A stretch of DNA of 64,000 nucleotides from Balanoglossus misakiensis (lineage: Eukaryota; Animalia; Hemichordata), in NCBI GenBank assembly GCA_040954595.2, contig CM082596.2:1641854-1705853 (forward strand). Reading direction: 5' to 3'. Below the pieces are notes generated by a model. The model saw only the letters and a list, made by a program, of their open reading frames with translations, was not told where the DNA came from and did not search any database. This document shows, piece by piece, positions 14,539 through 29,500 of this stretch. The stretch's first letter is position 1. The number at the start of each line of letters is the position of its first letter. Made by a program: the position numbers and the translations under genes.

Positions 14539-17500
14539 TCAACATTCCACATCTCTTCCCAAACTTGTCCATCTATCCGGCACCATCAGGAAGTACTTGT
14601 CCATGGCTTCCAGGAATCTGGTTCGGTATAACTCCGGGGAAACCACAGTTGGCATTTTGCCTTGATAACACAGAACAGAGACAGTGATTTCATCAGCTCT
14701 TGGCGATACACAACACCAAAAATGATTCACTTCTGAGAAAAGAGAGTTTCTTTCTGTAACTCTTATCGTTTGCTGAGTAATCACAATCATTACCTTGCCC
14801 TCCAAGGATACCAGACGATTTCACTACCATCTCAAGTTTCTTGTCCCATGTAAATGTTCGAATGTAATCTGACCAAAACAAATAGACATGGACATATAAT
14901 TTACAAACAAATCACTTTTTGTATGGCAGCTGTCATTGAATAATGACATTCCAAAGAGGATGACCCCCTCGTAGATCATAAATTTAGAATAATGCTAAAC
15001 TACTGTGCATGACAAACTTACCAATAATTCCAACCACCAGTTCCCGTCTGCTTTCATCAATTCCCACCAGCAGAGAGTAATCCATGACCAGATGATCGGC
15101 TAAAAACTGGGAATCTTTGTAAATGGCCATTGTCAGTGCTGTCTTGGAATGTGTGCGGATATACAATGGAGAGTCTACAACATCTGTTGGGATCAAGAAA
15201 ATAAATAACACTAATTTTACCTTGTCCCTGTTAATCATAGGAAGTGACAGTATTCATTAAATTCTCAGCACAAATGTCTAACTTCATCTCGTGAAACTGA
15301 TAGATGCCTGAGGAAAAAGTGAATCAAAACCAAACTTACATTTCAGAAGGTTTTCATCCATCAAGACCAAGTCTTCCGTCTCTTCTCCAGACACTTTGAC
15401 ATGACGATTTCTCATGGATCCTTTCAGATCGAACACCTGCAAGTTAAATTGGATACAATCACTTCTGATTTACATATACCTGTACATGGTTAAACCTGAA
15501 CTGAACTCCGAATGTACATAACAACATCCTTAATATCCTACCTGTGCCATCTTCCTTTCATAGAAGAGGTTTTCCATGACGAGCAGATCTTGTTTCATAG
15601 TGTTATTAGTCTGTGAGTTACGGAACCCAACTCTGTACACTCCAAGTATTTTAGCCAGTGTTGTTGGTCTCTGTGAAATAGGAAAGACAGACAAGTTTGA
15701 TATGTGATAGGAATTCAAGAAACATCAGCAGTGAGGAAAGTCAGCTCATAACTGTAATGTGGAGGCCATAGTATTCAAATTCTTTCAAGATGATTGTCTT
15801 CCGGAATTTTTAGGGTCAGACTATCACATCCTTACCTGCATTTCACAGGCTGAGTGGATGTACTGGAAATAGTGCGGAGCAAACTCTGTGAAAGACTGAA
15901 CTTCAAGACGAGACATCTGTTTTAGGATGAAACGATCATCTACAGTGAGAAAATATTATCAGACTATGAATATTTTTGAATATAACATGCAATGCAAGAG
16001 AGTATGAATGTTCCAACATTCAAGAGGAAAAAGTCAGTAATATCTGTCCAACATTCACTACAAGCCACACTCTCTCACCCGCAGTCTTGCAGAATGTTGA
16101 TCCAGACTTTCCACCTCTGGCAACCCACGGAATGCAATGCGACAGAGAGCGGATGTACGCTTCCTCTCCGTACGGGAATACGGTCTTCCGCAACATCCGG
16201 AACTGTTCAGCAAAGTACACCCGGCAGTAGTACTTGGCTGTGTTATCGGAAAACTGGAGTTCAATGTGGGGGTTTGGTGGATGGTGTTGGCTGCTTTTTT
16301 CTTCTTTGTGTAAGAAACTGAAATCGGTCTCATCAGAGAATGCTGTGAAAGCAAGAAAACAAACTAACTGTTAACATGAGACCATAGCCATTGATTCCTT
16401 GTATAGCAGGGTAAGCTGACCATGCAATGTTTGTGTAGGGTTCCCCCCAAATCATGGAAAACAATAAAATTACCAGAAGACATGAGTCATATCATGTATC
16501 CATATTTACCCTTATTATCTCTGTTATTTTCATCCAAAGGTGAATCAATCTCATCTTCTACTCTGTAATACACACTATCAGCACCTCTCAGTTCATTGTT
16601 TTCATTACTTTGTTGTTTAGGTCTGCTGTAGGTGTACGTGTAGGCTGGTGAATTGGAAAGACTGCCTTTCAGAAATGCCAACACTTTGCTGCCAGGCCGA
16701 CCTGCAAAAGATACAGCAACTTTTCAGTATATCTTTCATATCATAAGCATTTAGAATTTTCCACGTCACCCCAAAATCATTGGACATATTTATGGTGTGT
16801 CAGTCCTGAAAGATGCGATAACTTATCTCACCTGATGACGGTTTTTGGTCAAGCGTCCTTTCCAACGATGCTGTATTCTTCAATATTGATGGTTTCTGTG
16901 ACTTGGGTTTGGTCATTGGACTGTTACTGGCTGAACTGGACGTTGATGATGTCATCAGGTCCAGGTATGATTTAACACCTTGTTTGAATTCGCTGAGTTT
17001 CTGGTCATATGTCTTGCAGCTAGACAAGCAAGTGATTAAAAGACAAAGTTATTTAGTGATACATGATCACTGAATTCATTAACTGTCAGATGATTTGATT
17101 TGATTTGATTTGACTTCTGTTCATTACATAGGTGGCTCATATAACTACATGTAGCATTTTTGGTGGGAGTTCTGTAATACTAATAGATGACTTACCAAAG
17201 AGCATAGGCTATGATAGAGCTAGGCTCTGTGTCAATGACAGCCACTGGTATCCTGGATGGTGGTAATGTGTAGTGCTCATCCAGAGAACTGTAGGATTAA
17301 TTAAAAATATCATATGACAATGAAGATGATGACCAAGTTGTACAAGAGAAGTGAAGACCAGTATAGATTTCATTGTTATGATCTTAAACACACAACACCT
17401 ACTTACAATGGTCCTGCTAACGGTGTATACATTGGTCCTGACAGTAAGTTTGCTATAATTGTTTTCATTGTTGCAGATCTCTTGTCACTTGTTTTAGATG

Positions 17501-20500
17501 TTGTGGAATCATCAGCATTGGTTGCTTGGTCTGCAGACTCTACTGTGATGGTGATGCTGGCCGGAGATGAAACTGAAACAGAGAACAATCTTTTTAAGAT
17601 TAACAGATTGTTTTTTAAAAACTTGTTTTCAAGCAATGACATTGCAAAACATTTGGCAATTGTTTATGATGTAAAGCATGATCTCATTGGCTGAAGGACA
17701 ATCACTTTGAAGGACAAAGCATGTAGTGGCCAGATGTACTGGTCTCAGAATGCAAATGAGAGAGCAGCAAAGTGGATGGTACAATGTACTTATGATTTCA
17801 CTGTATACAGAACTTAATCAAGCTGTTCAGGTAGGAATGAGACATCTGGTAATGCTGCTATTAAAACCGATATTTCCTTTCAATCTGTTGAAATATCTTT
17901 TTGAGACGATGCAAAGTCTTTGACATGACTTACATTGCTTTATAAAGCTAGGTTTATCTTCTAGAGATTTAACTCTCCTGTGACCTGGTTTAGTGACATA
18001 TTTAAGATTGCCTTGTTGTTGTCGCATCTCTGAGAAAGCAAGAATAAGCAGCAAAGCATAGTGAAGAGGCACTGAATTACATTTACGGCTTCCCAATTAT
18101 CAGATGGTGAGTCATCAAGCAAGAGAGCATGAAAGTTGAGAAGTGCATGAAAGTGAACGATTACTTCATTGAAGACAGCTGGGTGTATGTACTGATATAT
18201 AAGGGAACACTTGAGAATAAAATACCTTGACTTGTTCCCTCTGCAGGCATTTCACAGATGTCGTATTCTTCCAACATTCCAGTCAACGAGGTTTGACTTT
18301 CTACAGTCTTGATGGACTCTTCAGGTAAAATTGCTGAAATGCCTGGTGTGATACCATACTCTGAGGTTTGGCTTGGGTTTCGTGATTTTCTTTGTTGACC
18401 TGATATCAAAGTATAATAAAAATATTTGTTTTCTCTTTGTGGTAATGAGATGTTTTTAACTGAAATACTGAACCAGACGGAAAATTACGAATACTGAGTA
18501 AAAGATCACCTGGTATCTTGAGATTACTTGACTGTGGCCCCCACGTTATTGCTCTTAGTAACGGAGGATGATTTCCTCTAGATGTTCCCTGTTGTGCTGT
18601 TGCCGTGTCAACTGTTGCCTTTCTGACGTTGTCTTCTCTGAGCAATGGAGCGGATTCTGATGCTGATATAGCTGGATTGATCCGAGGGGAACGATCTGTT
18701 CCTTCTGTTATGTCTGTTGGCGTCAAGGTGGCTATGTTGTCATCGTCGGTCTGGCAGGAGGCCTTGGATATTTCAGGCACGGCCCTGTGTGTTGGCTAAG
18801 TGGAAAAGAATACATGTGTATTACTACTAAGAGTTTGAGCTTGCATTTGATGATATATTGATATATTGGGGAGTTACAAGTATTTTTCCACATAAAATTT
18901 ACAAATGTACAGGCAAACAGAGCAGAGACAGAGCAGAGCAGAGCAATGCTCAAAACTTTTATAGAAAGCACACTTCTTTAATACCTCATTCATGACTGCA
19001 CTATCAGTTTCATCTCCATTCTTGCCAGCATTCTTGTTTTTCTTCATGTTTCTCTCTTGCTGAATCAATTCTGACAACCTACAGGACAGATATATGTGTA
19101 CAAGAATGATGAAGTACTTTTCCAACAGTGTGAGCAAAGGGACCTCTGACTCAAGGTGACTGATACACACTGACACTAAGAAAAATCAGTGGAACTTTAA
19201 CAACAGAGTCATGAGGACTTCGGAATTTTTGTGTCTACTTCAAGAGCTGCAGATTCTTACCTGTCATTCCAAAGGGCAATAACTTCACATATTGATTTCT
19301 TGACACGAAATATATTGCTGAGATAACTGTAAATGGCATCATGCATTTTAGCTGTTGAAGGAATCATAAAAACATTTACATTTGTTACAACCAAATTTAG
19401 AAATGGGTGACGCGCACTTTGGTTGTATTTAGAGGTTACATTTCTGCATCACTGTTGCAAACTTACTTGGATAATCAGTTCTGTAGTGGTTTTCAGGGTC
19501 TTTGACATAGTCTTCAAACTCTCCTGTTGTCAAGGAAGCCTGTAGACTATCCACCATTTCCCTGAAGTGTAACTGGTCCAGCTGTAGTGTAGGCAATGAA
19601 AAAATAACCACAGTGATGCACAGACTTCTGGAATATAATTTCCAAATAAATTCAAGCATCACATTTGAGACAGCTCAGATTTTACTGTAGATTCTAAATC
19701 CACTTTATTATTTCGCATACCTTCTGTTGAGTGATGAAATCTTTGAGTTTCCTGGCCCTGGCTGGAGTGGAAGATTCGCTCTTCAGTGTCATAATCCGTT
19801 CCAGAATATCACTGTACACTTTGTGACCACTGCATCCAAAAAAAACAAGGAAAATACATCACATTATGAAATCAAATCGATGGTTTCACTCAAGAATCTC
19901 ACCAGCAACCACCCAATGCTTTTGTAACCTTAGGTATAGTAGGAGTCAACTTACTTTACTGACAGACGTTTGACTTCTCTTGTGTATTCCTTCCAAGATT
20001 TGAATTTCACTTTGAACTGGATGAAGATAGATGGTAATGAGACTTCCCTCAGTGTAATTCGACTGTACCTGTTGAAAGATCACAGATTCATCAGGCTCAA
20101 ATCATTATCAATGAAAAAAATCACAAATAAATCTACAATTTACAGAACTGTAAATGCCAGGCCTACTTACTTGAAAGAAGCCACCATATTCTGGAAACCA
20201 AAGTACTGATAGTGATCGTGGTGTAAGGAATGCGGGCAGGGCTCCAGACTTGCACGGCGGCCATATTTGTCACCATAGAAACGGATCTCCAGATACTTTG
20301 CAAATGACAGCGACCAGCTATCTTGAGTCATTGGAACAACTGGAGTCACCTGTCAACAGACATAATCACATTTAATATTTTTTCTTGAATACAGAAGTCA
20401 GAATGTAACATAAAACAACTGATTATTTCTCCGTGTTTGACAGAGTTCATTACAAATCCAATTCTATCTACAATTCAAAATTCATCATTACATCTGTTAA

Positions 20501-23500
20501 CTTACCTGTTTACACTTTCTGCACCAACTCCACATCAAGATGCTGTCCTGATAACCTGGTATTGGTGAGTCTAGTTTGCGGAGTAAGATCTGAATGGAAG
20601 CGCCACAATGAACAAACTTCCTGACGTGTTCTATCATAGGCACATCACAGACAGCATTGGGGCATACGTAGGAAGATCTGGAAAAAACACCAAAATGACA
20701 ATCATATCACCTACACTTCAAGTTATTGGAAGCCACAGACTTAGATGTACCCAGGTACACCTCTTACTAGATTTTCAACAAAGCTAATGCATTTCATGAA
20801 CTCTGCATCCAAACTCACCTGAAACAGTACCTCTCCAGAAAAGCTCCCAAAGTGAAATCATTCCTACCATAGAAATCCATTGTGACTACCCTGAAATCAG
20901 AAACGTTAAATCATGATCACTTTGAATTATCCACAATGATACATGTAGGGTGAATACAATAAGAAATACTTCTGACTACAAGGACACATTTTCCACAGTT
21001 AAATATACCCATCAGTTATGTTTGCTAAATGTACATGTAGTTACTCACCATGGGTAAACACATGGATTTGGTGCAATGCTTGATTTGCTGGAGTAACTCC
21101 CAAAGAGAACCTTGATGTGTTGATGTAAATAGGGATCCAGGCAGTCCATCTGAAAACAAACATTTGACAAGTCAGCCGGGATATCACTTTTTTTCATTCT
21201 ACATGCATTGACAATATTTCAGCATCATCTCAAACACAGAGAACTTCGCATCTTAAGAGTTTTGACCTGAAAATCAATCTTACCTTTCTTTGATAGTAAT
21301 CCTCATCCACACCCTCTGTTTCATCACAACCATTCTTGCCGATGCCATTACTGATACTTTGTTCAGGATTTCCATTCTCTTCTTCAAAGCACTTTAACTT
21401 CATGCGGCCACCCCTCGCCCTGAAATCTGCCAGAAGGGACTTAGTACTGTTTTCACTGACAGGTTTGGTCAGCCTCTCAACTACAAACTTGTGAGTATCG
21501 TCGATCTTGACTGAAGACAGGCTGTAGACATGACCATGGTAGACACCATAATCAGTATTCATGCCATTTTCACTGAAGGTCTTGGTCGAATCTGTCTTCA
21601 CATCCTCTTCAAGTCGCGCAGACCAGTAGATTTCCTCGGGGAAGAAATGTCTGACTTTGGAGTTTTGGCCGAGAGTGGTGAGTAAGTACGGCAGTTTGTA
21701 AGTCAAGTACGGCGAACACGACAGGTGTACCGTTTCTAAGGCTTTGACAAACCTTCGTCGTTCTTCAGCACCATCGCTGCTGTCAGCTTCGCTAACTTTC
21801 CTCAGCCTCTCTGCACTGGAAACTGGCAATTTGCCAGAATCTACCTCGGTTCTTGGCATGGAGCCAGCAGCCTCTCCAGATCTTGGCAACTTGGCAGAGT
21901 CTTCTGAAGCATTTACAGCAGCCTCCATCTCCCGAGCTATCTGTACGTTCCTGTCCACATGGTTTGACCTGTTGTCGCTCAACAAGTTTTCCATGCTGCT
22001 GCTTTTGGACGACTTCCCGTCAGTCAATTCTTGCATGTCAAAGAACTCCCGATCATCAAACTCAGCACTGGCCGGTGAATTCATACAGTCATCCAGGTTA
22101 ACCACATCTGACAAATAAAATGCAAAATAATTATTTCATATCAGCTTCAAAGACCAAGACACATGAACTTTTGGTCATGTTTTCTCCAATCCATTTGCTG
22201 TTGTCATTTCGATTCAGGATAAAATTGCTAGACTTACTTTCATCAACTGTTTCTTTATCAGATTCAGGTAGTTCTGGTGGCAGTGAATGTTCGTCCATGA
22301 GATAAGACATTTCAAGTCTGGAGTTGTAAGCAGTGTATATCATAAACTGCATCACTTTCTTCACCTATCAAGACAAGGCAAAACAAATTAGAATACTTGA
22401 CCCAAGACAGGATGGTGACAATGGCTTTCAAATATCTTCAACTTAACTGCAATAGCTCAGTCAATCAGCCACCTCAGCAAACTCACAGAACAGTTAAACT
22501 AAGTGACATACTTACCCTAGCTAGTTCGGCCTGTGATCCGCCTCTCAGAATGACAGAGCAACCAAGGTGGGTGGCGCAACCTTCAAAGAACATCAGTGTC
22601 TTGGTACAGCCTAGAAATACAAGAAAAACGCTTATAACGCAGAATGCTTGGGAAGTAAAGCCTACGTGATGGGGTGATTTTGAAAGAGAAAGATTGAGCA
22701 AACCCCGCTCCACATGTGGCATATGTTACTATGGGGATGTGTTTACTTACCATCCTCCATTTTGAAACTCTGAAGTCGGAATGAATGACAGAACCCAAGC
22801 CTTGGTTTGGCCACTTGTTCTATAGATGGGATCAGATCAGCTTGTGTGCACCGAGACACTCTCTCCATCACTTGCTGCAAGGCAAACAGAATAAGAATGT
22901 ATCATTTTCTGCAAGAATAATGCTAGTTAGTGTATTCATATTGGCTAGTGTATTCGTATCGGCCAGTGTACAGGAATTTTACTCACCGGTTTGACATTTA
23001 AAATAACAGTTATTCCAGCGTGGTGTAAGAAATCCTGGGCAAGTCTGGCTACACTCTTCTCGACAAGTAATATCTCTGGTTGGACATTGGCAATCTTTGC
23101 AACGCAGTTTTTCAAAAACTCATGTTCCTAGATGCAAAGATGACAGAAAAAGCCGAGATGAAGAATAGTGCTCTACATAGTTGGATGACAGCATTAACAA
23201 AAGTACATGTCACCTATCACATTCCACAGATAATATCAGTTCTGACAAGAATGTCATTGTCTGTAATCTGAAAAATCCAAATCTATGTATTTGTGAGCTC
23301 ACCTGAAGAACCAGTGGATCCAAAGAAGACATTTTGTTTTCAACCCTCTGGTATTCAATGGCTGACGTCAGCAGAAGTATCTTTGGGTTTATGATGTGGG
23401 TGTCCATCTGAAAAATGATCAACAGAAAAAAATACATGTTGATGGATTGAAATGATGAACAGCTACAAATGAGCAAGATGTCAAAGATTAATCATTAGAA

Positions 23501-26500
23501 TCAACGGAACTATGACACCAACCTTTTTATGAGCCACGTTTTTCGTACAGACAACTCCATTCACCATGCAACTATCAGTTTTCTGTCCACCTGGCACTTT
23601 CTTAAATTGCACATACTGTCTGATATCCATATCATCATCGTCGTGTCGCACATCTGGTTTCACCTGTATAACAAAGCCATTAAATTTTCAATGACCAATC
23701 ATATAAAGGAATGCCATATTGAATCAAGTTTGTGGAACAATTTCTGCTTGTGACAGATACTCTGATCAAACTCACCAGTTCACTTATTCTCCTGACCAAT
23801 GGCAAAATGGTATCCATCCAAGCAACAGACAAACCTTCCACTCTCAGCTGCTGTTCTAACATGGCCATCATGTGAGTGTAATGAGCAGTACTACAGAACA
23901 CAACCGAAAACAAAAAAAAATATCAAATTAAAAGGTCACTATTTTCCCATCATATCATTATGTCTGTCTCTGATTGGTCAACAACAACATGGATGCCAAC
24001 TATTTTGACCAGTATTCATGAAGTTATAAGATACCGAACAACACCCATTATACTGCAGAGATTATCTCAGTTAGCACTACACTGTGTAAATACCTCAGTC
24101 TCTCCATTGCCAAGCGTTCTCCATTCTCCTCTCTGAGATGATCTGTGCACTGCCAGCCCTGAGGCATCTCCTTGGCATCTGCTACTGTTACCACGGACAG
24201 AGCACCTGGAGAATCAAAGAGAAATGTTTATGCATGAATGAATGAATGTTCGAGTAGATACGAAACGACAAGACAAATGTTATACACGGTGGAGAACCAA
24301 CTTTATGAATACTGTCTTCATTTTACCTTTGAAGTCATCTCCTATTGTGCTGGACGCAGTAGAATCTTGGTGGAAATATAAATCCCATGATCCTCCGCTA
24401 TCTCGCTTGCAGTCACGCACTGTGGACAGAGAGCGGGGAAAGTTTAGGTATAGGGTGGTTGTTTGCCTGTGTGTGTGTGTGTGTGTGTGTATACATGTGA
24501 ACAAGATATTGTTTGGGGTTGCCAGTATGAGAAGGTGCACATGTGGAGAGGAAGGTGGTTACCAATTGTGAGCATGACTCTAGTGGATCAGCTATCCAGA
24601 AAGAAACTAAGATGAAAGAAGTGAAACAACTAAAAGAGGTTTTCATGACATGGTGGAATGAAAGAAATCTGCGGACATAAGAAGAGAAGTAAAATATAAA
24701 GAAAGCCAGAGAAAGATGAGGAACAAAAATCCTGAAATAATGCATGAAATGTGTGTCACCAAAAACCTGTATCAAAGTAAGAGTTTCAGAAAGTTAAAAT
24801 AAACTGAAAAAGGTTGAAAAAAAATAAAAGTTAGGGTTTACTGGCAGTGGAGATGGATGGAGTTTGTGTTGTGAATGTGGTCAATTATCAAGCACCCATG
24901 TTAATATTGCACATTGTGGCCACCACAATTATTGTTATATGTAAATGAAAAAATTCAAATTGGCATTGCCAAGTTCGATGATCTTGGATTATTTTTCCAT
25001 TTTGTGATATTAAAATGATTCAAGATTATGCAGAATTGGAATGTATTGACCAGTTCACAGCTAAAGATTTGACATTGCCAAGTTTGATTCATGAAATAAT
25101 CATTTCACAAATTAAGCTTGGAAATATGAAATCCATAGCTGACAACTATCATTTCTATAACTGTGTTGCGTGAATGTAATAATATTACGTTGACGAGATG
25201 TTTTCTTGGGTCGGTAGTTGACTGTGGCTTGTTGTACGTCCAATGAAAACTGAGATGCATCGCTCTCTTTAGTCATTGTGGATGATTCGCTGTCAAGCCG
25301 TTCTCTCATCACTTTATCTGGAATGAAATGAATGTGATTGGATGACAGGTGACCTCGGGTTTGAGGTCACCAAAGGGATCAAGAATGAACAGATAAGTCT
25401 GTCATTAAAATGTGATGATATCCGCATATTATGGACATTAATGTAAATAAAACATTTTAAGCTTGGAAACACCTTTCTTTGCTCGTAGCATAATGCTTGG
25501 TAGTGTCTTTAGTATTAAGTTTAGTTGCGAAGCTTGGCGTTATCTCATTACGCAGGTGATATTCAAAATGAGTTCTATTGACAACGCCTCACAAGAGCTG
25601 TAGAGAAAACTGTACTGGTCCAAACATACTCTACTCTCATCAATACAATGTGAGATGACAAACATACCATCAATGTCTTCTTCTGCAGAACTATCTCCCT
25701 TTTCTTGCAGATCAATCTCCTTGAACCATTTTGGTTCCCAATAATCTTCCAACGAACTCGTCTCATCACCGGAATCATTGTACTCCAGGTTCTCCATCTC
25801 ATCCCTTGCCGTCTGAAAACAAAATCTTCCATAATTACAACTGCATTCTTTTCAATACAACTTTCCACACAGCTACGCTCAACTTCTCGACGGAATACTT
25901 GCCTGTCCTGGCCTATAGAGGGCATATTCATCTCTAAATACTTGATCGGGTCCGAGAACACTCTCCAGCAATTTGGCATCCATCAAAGCCTGTCCAATGG
26001 CAATGCCTTGGTATCTGTGTGAGAAAATCAAAACATGATTAAGCTCAAATCTTGTGACACTTTCTCGAAAAACCCAATACGGGAAGAGTTGTTTTTTTAT
26101 GCTAAGAGACAACTTGAACACACTGAGAATAGTTACCTGTTGACTGCTTTGTCTTTGTGTATCAGCCAATCCACCAACTCGCTACCAACGACACATTCAA
26201 TGTAAGTACGTAGTCTGTAACGATGGCTCTGAAACTGTATCCCATTGCTGGGGTTTCTGATTCGTAACCAGATATCCCTCAGCTGTGACGAGTCCTGTAT
26301 AAGATTGATACAAAGTTCATACATTTAAACCCGTAGTGGACTTGAACTTTTTGGTACTGACAAAAAATTACGTGATTGAAGTATGTGTTTCATCATAGAG
26401 TTTAACTTTGCCCCTTGAAGTGTTCTTCAAGGTGATAGATTATTCACCTGGATCAGCAGTTTTCTTTCTGTTTCAACGGAGTGTCTTTTCCTCTGGAAGT

Positions 26501-29500
26501 CCAGCATGGGTGTTATAGCTTCAAAGGGATTGGTTGGTGACTCTACACTGACTGTACTGTGACTTCTGTCAGTTCAAGATAAAAAAGATATGGGAAAAAA
26601 TCACTTGTTGAATTCCTGTTCAATTTATGACAATGTTGGTTTATGTTCATTCATGCTTATTGAAATTGTTTTACTTTATTTATTTTTCATTATACAGTCA
26701 ATAGCACTGTGGAAAAATGTTATTTTTTGTGTTTGTATCAATCCTACTGCAATGTCATGGAATTATTATGGAATTTATGGTTGATAAAAAGGAAATAAAA
26801 TCTATAAGAAAATTCACTTTCTGTTCCTGTTCATTTGTCGTACCAAAATAAATAGAATCTGAAAAACAATGTTCTTTTCTCTCTTGCACTTCCTTTTTCT
26901 GAGCAAAGGTTAAAGCCACAGTATTTCTCGTAGGGGCAAAATTTTGTTTGAAACGGCATCTATAATTTCTAAAAGTAGATGATAATTGATACTGAATCGA
27001 ACAGTCATCATCCCCAGCTCTGCTGATAAACTCATACAATTTACAATATAACGAGTGAAGAACGACTTTCTGTCCGGACAGAAAGTCACGTGAGTCAGGC
27101 TAATGTTGACACACGTGACTAGTGCGCATGCGCACTCAAATGTGAATCTATGCGGAAGAGGTTTGGTCGCCCCGAATCAAGCGACTCAGCGAAGAAATGC
27201 GCACTAATTCGGCGAAATTTTGGGAAGATAACTTTATGGGAGAAATCAGTCGATGGAACCAGATCAAATCCGAAAATGGTCTGACCATCAAAATGTCAAA
27301 GTGGCACGTTTGCTGATCGACATGTACAACATTTCCGTTGTAAACAAACCCGCGCATCATTTCAAGTGTTACGGGCGATATTTTCGGCTTGCATGTAGCT
27401 ACAATTGCCCAAACTTTTCTTACATCTTCATTATATAGTATTCCATGATGGATGTACTGGAAAAACGGGCTTTTTTCGATGATGAAAAATGGATGCACAC
27501 GAGAAATACTGGGGCTTTAAAGATGTCGACTGCATTCTTACAGATGGTAATTTGGGGGCCAGGTAAACAATGCATGGAAACTACGCAACAGGTTGATAAA
27601 TCCTAACCCCCAACTCTATAGAGTTACGGGACTGAGCTGTAAAGGTGATGACCTTCAGAGAAAGGTCACAACTCCAGTAGAAGGGTACAATGTACAGACT
27701 ATTACTGATCGCTCTAATTTCACTGTACACTCCACTGTTGATTCTAGATGTTTAAGGCGGAGTTGCAAAGTTATACATAAACAATTAAAACTCTGTCGCA
27801 GTTCAGTTCTGCAGTCTAGTCTGCTCTCAGAAATATGGCAAATACTTTAAGTGTTTTCAAATTTAATCCACACATAGTTTGGTTGTTGCTCATACAGTTT
27901 ATTTATTTAACAGGTGTCTTTGCTCTTTGCACAGGCCTTATATTAGACACACCCAAGGCTCGTGTCAGTACCCACGATGCTTTTGGTGCTGAGAAGTGGA
28001 CCTCTTATGTTACTAATAGTTAAAAACCTTTATTTACGCACACAGACTTTATGTATGTATGTACACAGTCTTTGTTAAAATAGGGAAAGCTTAGGGGGTC
28101 TGAAGTTTACTAATGCAGGTGAGTTAGCGTGAACAACAACGAAGATGGCAACAGTCGCTGAAACTGAACATCCCAAAGAAATCTGTGGAGATTTCCTGTG
28201 TTGTACCAGATGTCTGGGGCAGTTTAGAACTCCTAAAATTCTACCTTGCCTTCACACATTCTGCGAGCCATGTTTGACTACTCTGCTTGAGAAAACGGGG
28301 TATCTAAAGTGTCCAGAATGCCGGCAGCAATGTCAAGTTCCTAATGAGGGAGTGTCAGGGGTCAAGGACAACTTGTTCATGGTCAGCCTGATTGAGATAT
28401 TCACCGAGCAGCTGAAGTCCAAGTGCGAAATCTGGGAGGATTGCGAACGGTGCGGACAGAACATGGCAACTCACAAGTGCGTGGAATGCCAGCTGAATCT
28501 CTGCGTAAAGAGGTGTGTCATAGTACATCAGAACCTGCCCGACACAAAAGAGCACAGGCTGGTGGCTCTGGAAGGACTTGAGAAAATAGATTCAGTAAGT
28601 CTGGTGGGTACAACCCCTGCAGAATACTGCAGTGTCCACACCAGCAGTGAAATTAACTTCTACTGCGAGACCTGCCATGTTCTCGTCTGCCCTGACTGCA
28701 AAGAAGCTGAACATGGTCTGCCAGAACACGTACACAGAGATTTGCGCGAGAAAGCAGACGAGTACCTCAAAGACATGAAAATCATGGTGGACAGACTAAA
28801 GGTGAAAGAACAAGAAGCTGAGACATGTGAAACCCGGGCAAAGCAGACACACAGCGATCTTGAGGAGCACCACAGACAGGAAGAAAAGAAGGTGAGAATG
28901 AAAGCAGAAGAAATGATCAAACAAATCAAACAAGAAGAGCAGAGATTGATAGAAAACCTGAACAAACATTATGAAGGTCACTTGAAAAGATCAGCAGCAG
29001 ACATCAATGAACTTGAGTTTAAACACAGTGACATTAAGGGCACTTGTGGATATATGGAGACACTGATGCACCATGGGAATGCTGCTCAACTTCTCTCCAC
29101 AAAAGGGGAAGCACAACAGAGCTTCATGAGACTTATTGCCACGGAAACCAAACCAGGAACAGAGTACGGATGGGTGGAGTTCAAACCAAGTAAGTTCAAT
29201 GAGGTTGGGGTTCTGGGAGAGATCACCAGACCAGATACGAGTGGTTCTGCAGTAACACCAATGACACCTTCGTCGGGGAAGTTCGATTTCCCATCCGTGG
29301 AACACTCCAAATCAAGATACTACGACAACAGAGTGATGGAGCATGATGATGATGCAGACGCTAGACACGAAGTTGCCACGACAATGGGAGATCAGCAAAC
29401 ACCTCATCAGCCCCCTGCTGTAAGAAAATTGGTGAAGACCATTGGAAACAAAGGCAGCAGTGAAGGACAATTCATCAGACCAGTCAGTGTGGCCATAAAC

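Noticed and set aside
21744-22118. Antisense ORFs over PIKfyve, TRIM and acidic NME8 exons (also 28660-29305, 62129-62816)
   Set aside because: Shadow frames of real coding exons, with no domain signal of their own.
28111-28124. CAG|GTGAGT 26 nt before the TRIM ATG
   Set aside because: Cannot tell from sequence whether it is a donor, an acceptor or unused; no partner site identified.
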